Source of the DNA: Octopus vulgaris
Lineage: Eukaryota
Length of the DNA: 64,000 nucleotides
Assembly: GCA_951406725.2 (NCBI GenBank)
Contig: OX597826.1
Span: 16,678,001-16,742,000 of the forward strand
Reading direction: 5' to 3'
How positions within the stretch are numbered: the first letter of the stretch is position 1; each line of letters opens with the position of its first letter. Below are positions 59,263 to 64,000 of the stretch, one piece after another. Both the position numbers and the translations under genes were made by a program. Under the pieces are notes generated by a model. That model was not told the DNA's origin, did no database searches, and saw nothing but the letters and a program-made list of their open reading frames with translations.

Positions 59263-59577
59263 ACATACATACATGCATACATACATACATACATGCATGC
59301 ATACATACATACATACATACATACATACATAATACATACATACATACATACATACATACATACATACATACATAGATACATACATACATAACCTGTTGTT
59401 GATGTTGAAATTCCAGTGGTGTAGCCAAATGGTAGAACAATAGATAATTGATTTTTCAGTAATTACTTTCAATTTTATTTCGACTTTTACAGGAATTGAT
59501 TTTGCGGTTAATCACCCTGGAACTGATGAAAACAAGTACTAACTGTACGACATTGTTGATTTAATTACGACTAATAC

Positions 59578-59860
59578 AGGCGGCGAGCTGCCAGAAACGT
59601 TAGCATGCCGGACTAATTGCCGCTATGTTCTGAGTTCAAATTCCGCCGAGGTCTACTTTGCCTTTCATCCTTTCGGGGTCGATTAAATAAGTACCAGTTA
59701 CGCAATGGGGTCGATATAATCGACTTAATCCGTTTGTCTCTCTGTGTTTGTCCCCTCTGTGGGTAATAAAGAAATAGGTATTTCGTCTGTCTTTACATTC
59801 TAAGTTCGAATTCCGCCGAGGTCGACTTGGCTTTTCATCCTTTCAAGGTCGATAAATTAA
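59578..59860 (+). mobile_element. SINE family B with partial tandem second unit
   Basis: GGCGGCGAGCTGCCAGAAACGTTAGC...GCCTTTCATCCTTTCGGGGTCGAT, then GGTATTTCGTCTG...GAGGTCGACTTGGCTTTTCATCC repeated. Confidence 0.88.
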
Positions 59861-60749
59861 GCACTTGTGCCTAGAGTAGAATACGTTTTTCCGTACGTAT
59901 TCGGGCCTTGTTATTATGGAAGAAAAAAAAATGATTCAATCGATAATTTTTACGATGAAATAATGAGTCCATTCTTTAAAAACTGTAAATGAAATGTAAA
60001 TGAAATAAGACATTTTAATATGTTAGTGCATCGGAAAACAACATCCTAAAATGTATCCTGAATATACATTAAATACAATGAAACATAGCAAGGTAATGAA
60101 CTATTCATAAGTTCAGACACGCATCTTATCTTTTGATCATGTTTGAGTTGTTTATTTTCGTATGTTTTAACAAGTGATTTCATGAGAAGGTCGGGTTTAT
60201 TAACTAATAAGCAACACGCTGAGATTATTCTCGTCATAGTTTTCCCTACTTAACTGAATCTTCATACATATGTAAACGATAGTAATCTATTTTTATTATT
60301 ATTTTGTTTGAAATTCAGTGCTCTTATAAAGAAACAATATACGTGAGGAATTTTAAATGCTATCATTTTATTCATAAATTGTTATAACGATTTAATTTAC
60401 TCATCTGATAACTTATTCCCTCCAAGCCTAAAGTATATCTGTATATCAAGAGGGGGAATAATTTTTAATTAAAACATACAAACCGCGAGGCAGGTCTCAG
60501 GCAATTAGAACTATCGAAATTTGATTGGGTTTTAATTAGCCGCAAGCTTCAAGCATAATTAGTGTGAATTTACTTGTTTACTTGAGAAGCAGTTTTGTCC
60601 TCTGGGTATTCTATTTTTTTTAAATATTTATCAGGAAATAAAATTATAAAACAATGGAGAATGTCGTATAATTTGTATGTGAATATATATACATACAATA
60701 CACACACACACACGCATATATATATACACACACACCCACACACATATAT

Positions 60750-60812
<63 letters not shown>
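60750..60812. repeat. (GATA)n microsatellite
   Basis: Direct inspection. Confidence 0.95.
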
Positions 60813-61324
60813 TATGTATGTACGTATGTATATGTATATGTACGTTTAGTCAGATGACTGAAACAAGAGAATATATATATATAATCCTACGTATTTATGC
60901 GTGTGTGGGATTATTTGGGCATGTGTGCGCGTGTGTGCGCAAGTTTATGTTTGAGCGTGCATCTGTGTTCTCCTGTGTGTGCACGTGTATGTGTTTGTGC
61001 ATCTGTGTATGTTTCCTCTTCTATAGTTGTATAATTGGAATACCGTGAAGGAATATTATCCTGACCTTGAATATCAAATTTTCCTCTCATTTATTCTGAA
61101 GACTACTTCAGGAAAGATTTGAATTGTGTTCAGTAAATTACCTTCGCTGAATTGCTACATGAATTTACTTTACTTTCTTTCTCTAGTATAATTTTTCAAT
61201 TATTGTGGCACTCCATTAAGTCTTTTTCTATACCCTCTGTTAAAGCTTATCACAATTATATTTCTTTATTCATTGTTACAATATTACTTTATATATTAAA
61301 AAATGATTAAATAGCTAAATACGC

Positions 61325-61616
61325 ACTACGAACATTTGTCTCTTTTTAACTATATGTTAACGTCCATTTGATTTCTGGGTGAACAAATGACAGAAGTGAT
61401 ACGGTGGAGACACAGCTCATCTGAGAGAACATGGATCCTGCAACACTCATTCGATCACGATGCAGATGTCAATTCATTTCAGCTACATGTTAATTTACTT
61501 CAATATGTAATGTTCTCTCAGATGAGCTGAGTCTCCACCGTATCATTTCTACCACATGTTCACGCAGAAATCACATGGAGGTTACATATAGTTCAAAAGA
61601 AACACATGGTCGTAGT
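61325..61616. mobile_element. Foldback/MITE-like element with ~107-bp imperfect inverted arms
   Basis: Arms 61325-61432 and 61510-61616; core TGATACGGTGGAGACACAGCTCATCTGAGAGAACAT versus ATGTTCTCTCAGATGAGCTGAGTCTCCACCGTATCA. Confidence 0.8.
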
Positions 61617-62114
61617 TCATCTTAATTTGCACGCGTCTGTGAATAAATATCGAACTTATTGAGTAGCTTAAAATTTGTGTCATAACGAAGAATTGTAGAG
61701 GCATACATCAGAGTAAATATTAAGTTCAGCTGGATTATATTACTATTACTTATCTTCATATTGCAGATATAATATTCTGGTTAAGGGTTTTGCAACCATC
61801 ATTTATCTGGCACTCATCGCAGCCCCAGAGAGAATCTAAGAAACTCAAATATGTACCGGAAACACTGATAAGTCTTCTCCATATGTATTATCACAAGAAT
61901 GTACTCACACACTGATGAACAAAATCTCTTGAGAACCACTTTTAGCAAAAATCAAAATTTCAACACCGATGTTACAGACATTCCACACACATACACACAC
62001 ACCACCACCACCGTACAAAACAAAACATCTCAGATGACAACTGAAAAGCTCTATTCCCCAATACATTAACTGACGTAAACAATCTGACAAGAAGCAACCA
62101 AAATAACCACCATA

Positions 62115-62338
62115 ACGCCTGCGAGCTGGCAGAAACTTTAGGGCGCCGGGCGAAATGCGTAGCTGTATTTCGTCTGCCGTTACGTTGTGAGTTCAAATTC
62201 CACCGAGGTCAACTTTGCCTTTCATCCTTTCAGGGTCGATAAATTAAGTACCAGTTACGCACTGGGGTCGATATAATCCCTTTGTCTGTCCTTGTTTGTC
62301 CCCTCTGTGTGTAGCCCCTTGTGGGTAGTAAAGAAATA
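62115..62338 (+). mobile_element. SINE family B, well-preserved copy
   Basis: GCGAGCTGGCAGAAAC...GAGTTCAAATTCC...GCCTTTCATCCTTTCAGGGTCGATAAATTAAGTACCAG. Confidence 0.9.
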
Positions 62339-63152
62339 TATATTATATAAATGATAAGGAAAATGAAAAACAGAAAATCCAACAATACACAATCATTTTT
62401 ATATATCTTGTGAAAAATCTGCTCCGTAAATGTGCTGAAGGGTAACAAGAATACAAACTGCCTCGTTCATTCCTTCTAAAGAGAACATGACTTAGACACC
62501 AGTTTTCCAACAGACTCTAACAGTCTAATAGCATCTATAAACGTGCACTTAATTAAATAGAAGCCAAATCTACTATTTATCTCAATATGTAAATTGAGCT
62601 TTTCCACTGGAACTTCCAGGCATAGAAAAATAAACTGGTACATAAAAGAGGAACTGTCTAAACTGAAATCAAAATTTTATATTCTGATTCCACATATTAC
62701 TTGGTGTTCATTTTGATGTGAGAAATAAATAGATAAATTTTAATAAGTATGAATCCACTCGCATAGACACCCCACTAATTCTGCGTTTTGAATACTGAAA
62801 ATATAAGGAACTGTAAACTTGTTTTAATACTATTAACTTTTTATTGGTTAAATATTACCTATATAACATTTTATAAATCATATGCAACGCCCACCAACTG
62901 AAAGAAACATTTATTGTAATCATTATTTCTACAGTTAGTATTAATTTTATTTATAAGAAAAGCACTTTCAACGTAAAGAAAATGTAAATTCTAAATGACT
63001 ATTACGATATGCGATAAAAGAAATTGTGCACAAACCCCAAACGAAATACATGAACAGTGAACACCATAAAATAGCAATAATAGTATTTATTATTTAATTA
63101 CCATCGTCTTTTCCAGTCAAAGTGAGGTAAACTTTCTCTTGATTTCTGTACA

Positions 63153-63925
63153 TCTAGTATAAATAAATCACAGTATGTGTGTGTATATTAAGTAACGCAT
63201 ACATTTCCACAGTTCCCAACCGATTCTCATGAAACTTTACATACACATTACGTATGTCCCAAGGATGCTTATGTACTATAACATTTTGCCGAGAGCTCTC
63301 ACATAAACTGGACAACCAGGGAGACGGTGGTTTACACGGGTTTTCGTTGTATGTACATAGTTTTATGTATGTAGGGTCTTCAATACTTTTCAAATTTATA
63401 TCGGCATAAAGAGAAAGTGTTTTAATGGTTTTCACATTTTTTAAATTTAATATTATTAATGTTATAAATTGTGTATTAATACTTGGTTAGAGAATGTTAT
63501 ATTTTAACTATTTATTTATTTCTCTGTCCACCTGTTATTATTTATTTATATTTTGGAGTTGTGTATCATTACTTGGTTAGAGAATATTATAAAAGTGAAA
63601 GGATTTTGTCTATTTATTTATTTCGACTGTCCACCTTCGACGGTGATTAAATTGACTAGTAACACTGTACGCAATGAATATCTACTACCAGACAATCTTA
63701 ACCGCCATATTTAAACTGCATTAAACTTTCGCAAGCTTACATTTACCTATTCTTAGTTACTTGAAAGGTGATATTCCCTTTTTTCTATTTGTTGATACCT
63801 TTGTTTCCCTACCAATGCGTTGTTTCACCTTAAGGATGCTTATTTACCCATCTATTAAATTTCGAACGGGACATTTTTCACTGCGAACTGCTCAAGATTC
63901 AAAGCAGTATTCGTGAAGTGAACTC
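63153..63925 (+). mobile_element. Second copy (5' part) of the Helitron-like element at 32889-34545
   Basis: A|TCTAGTATAAATAAATCACAGTATGTGTGTG start; colinear reverse-complement similarity to ~33830-34545; 3' end not seen. Confidence 0.75.
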
Positions 63926-64000
63926 AGATTTTAAACGTATTTATTCAATTTTCTTACACCATTTATGAGACTCTTTCTGACAAGAAATTTCGCTTTTATA

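Overview
AT-rich, microsatellite-saturated eukaryotic non-coding DNA (intron or intergenic). The SINE families and repeat landscape resemble an octopus/coleoid cephalopod genome (inference). No host protein-coding gene can be supported; nearly all track ORFs are microsatellite translations. The window is a stack of mobile-element layers: (1) R4/Dong-like RLE retrotransposons in (TAA)n runs, including a head-to-tail array at 38.5-43.2 kb with a largely readable RT-CCHC-RLE ORF; (2) Penelope-like (GIY-YIG) remnants and a set of type I hammerhead ribozyme motifs, with intact cores at 54248 (+), 48446 (-) and near-intact cores at 56402 and 20381, several with unusually long stem II insertions and often next to (TA)n; (3) a decayed RTE LINE interrupted by a probable Chapaev3 DNA transposon; (4) non-autonomous Helitron-like elements; (5) three tRNA-derived SINE families; (6) several long inverted repeats (4.4-4.8 kb, 53.6/58.0 kb, 61.3-61.6 kb). 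The most notable signals are the hammerhead cluster and the apparent partitioning of microsatellite types among retroelement families.
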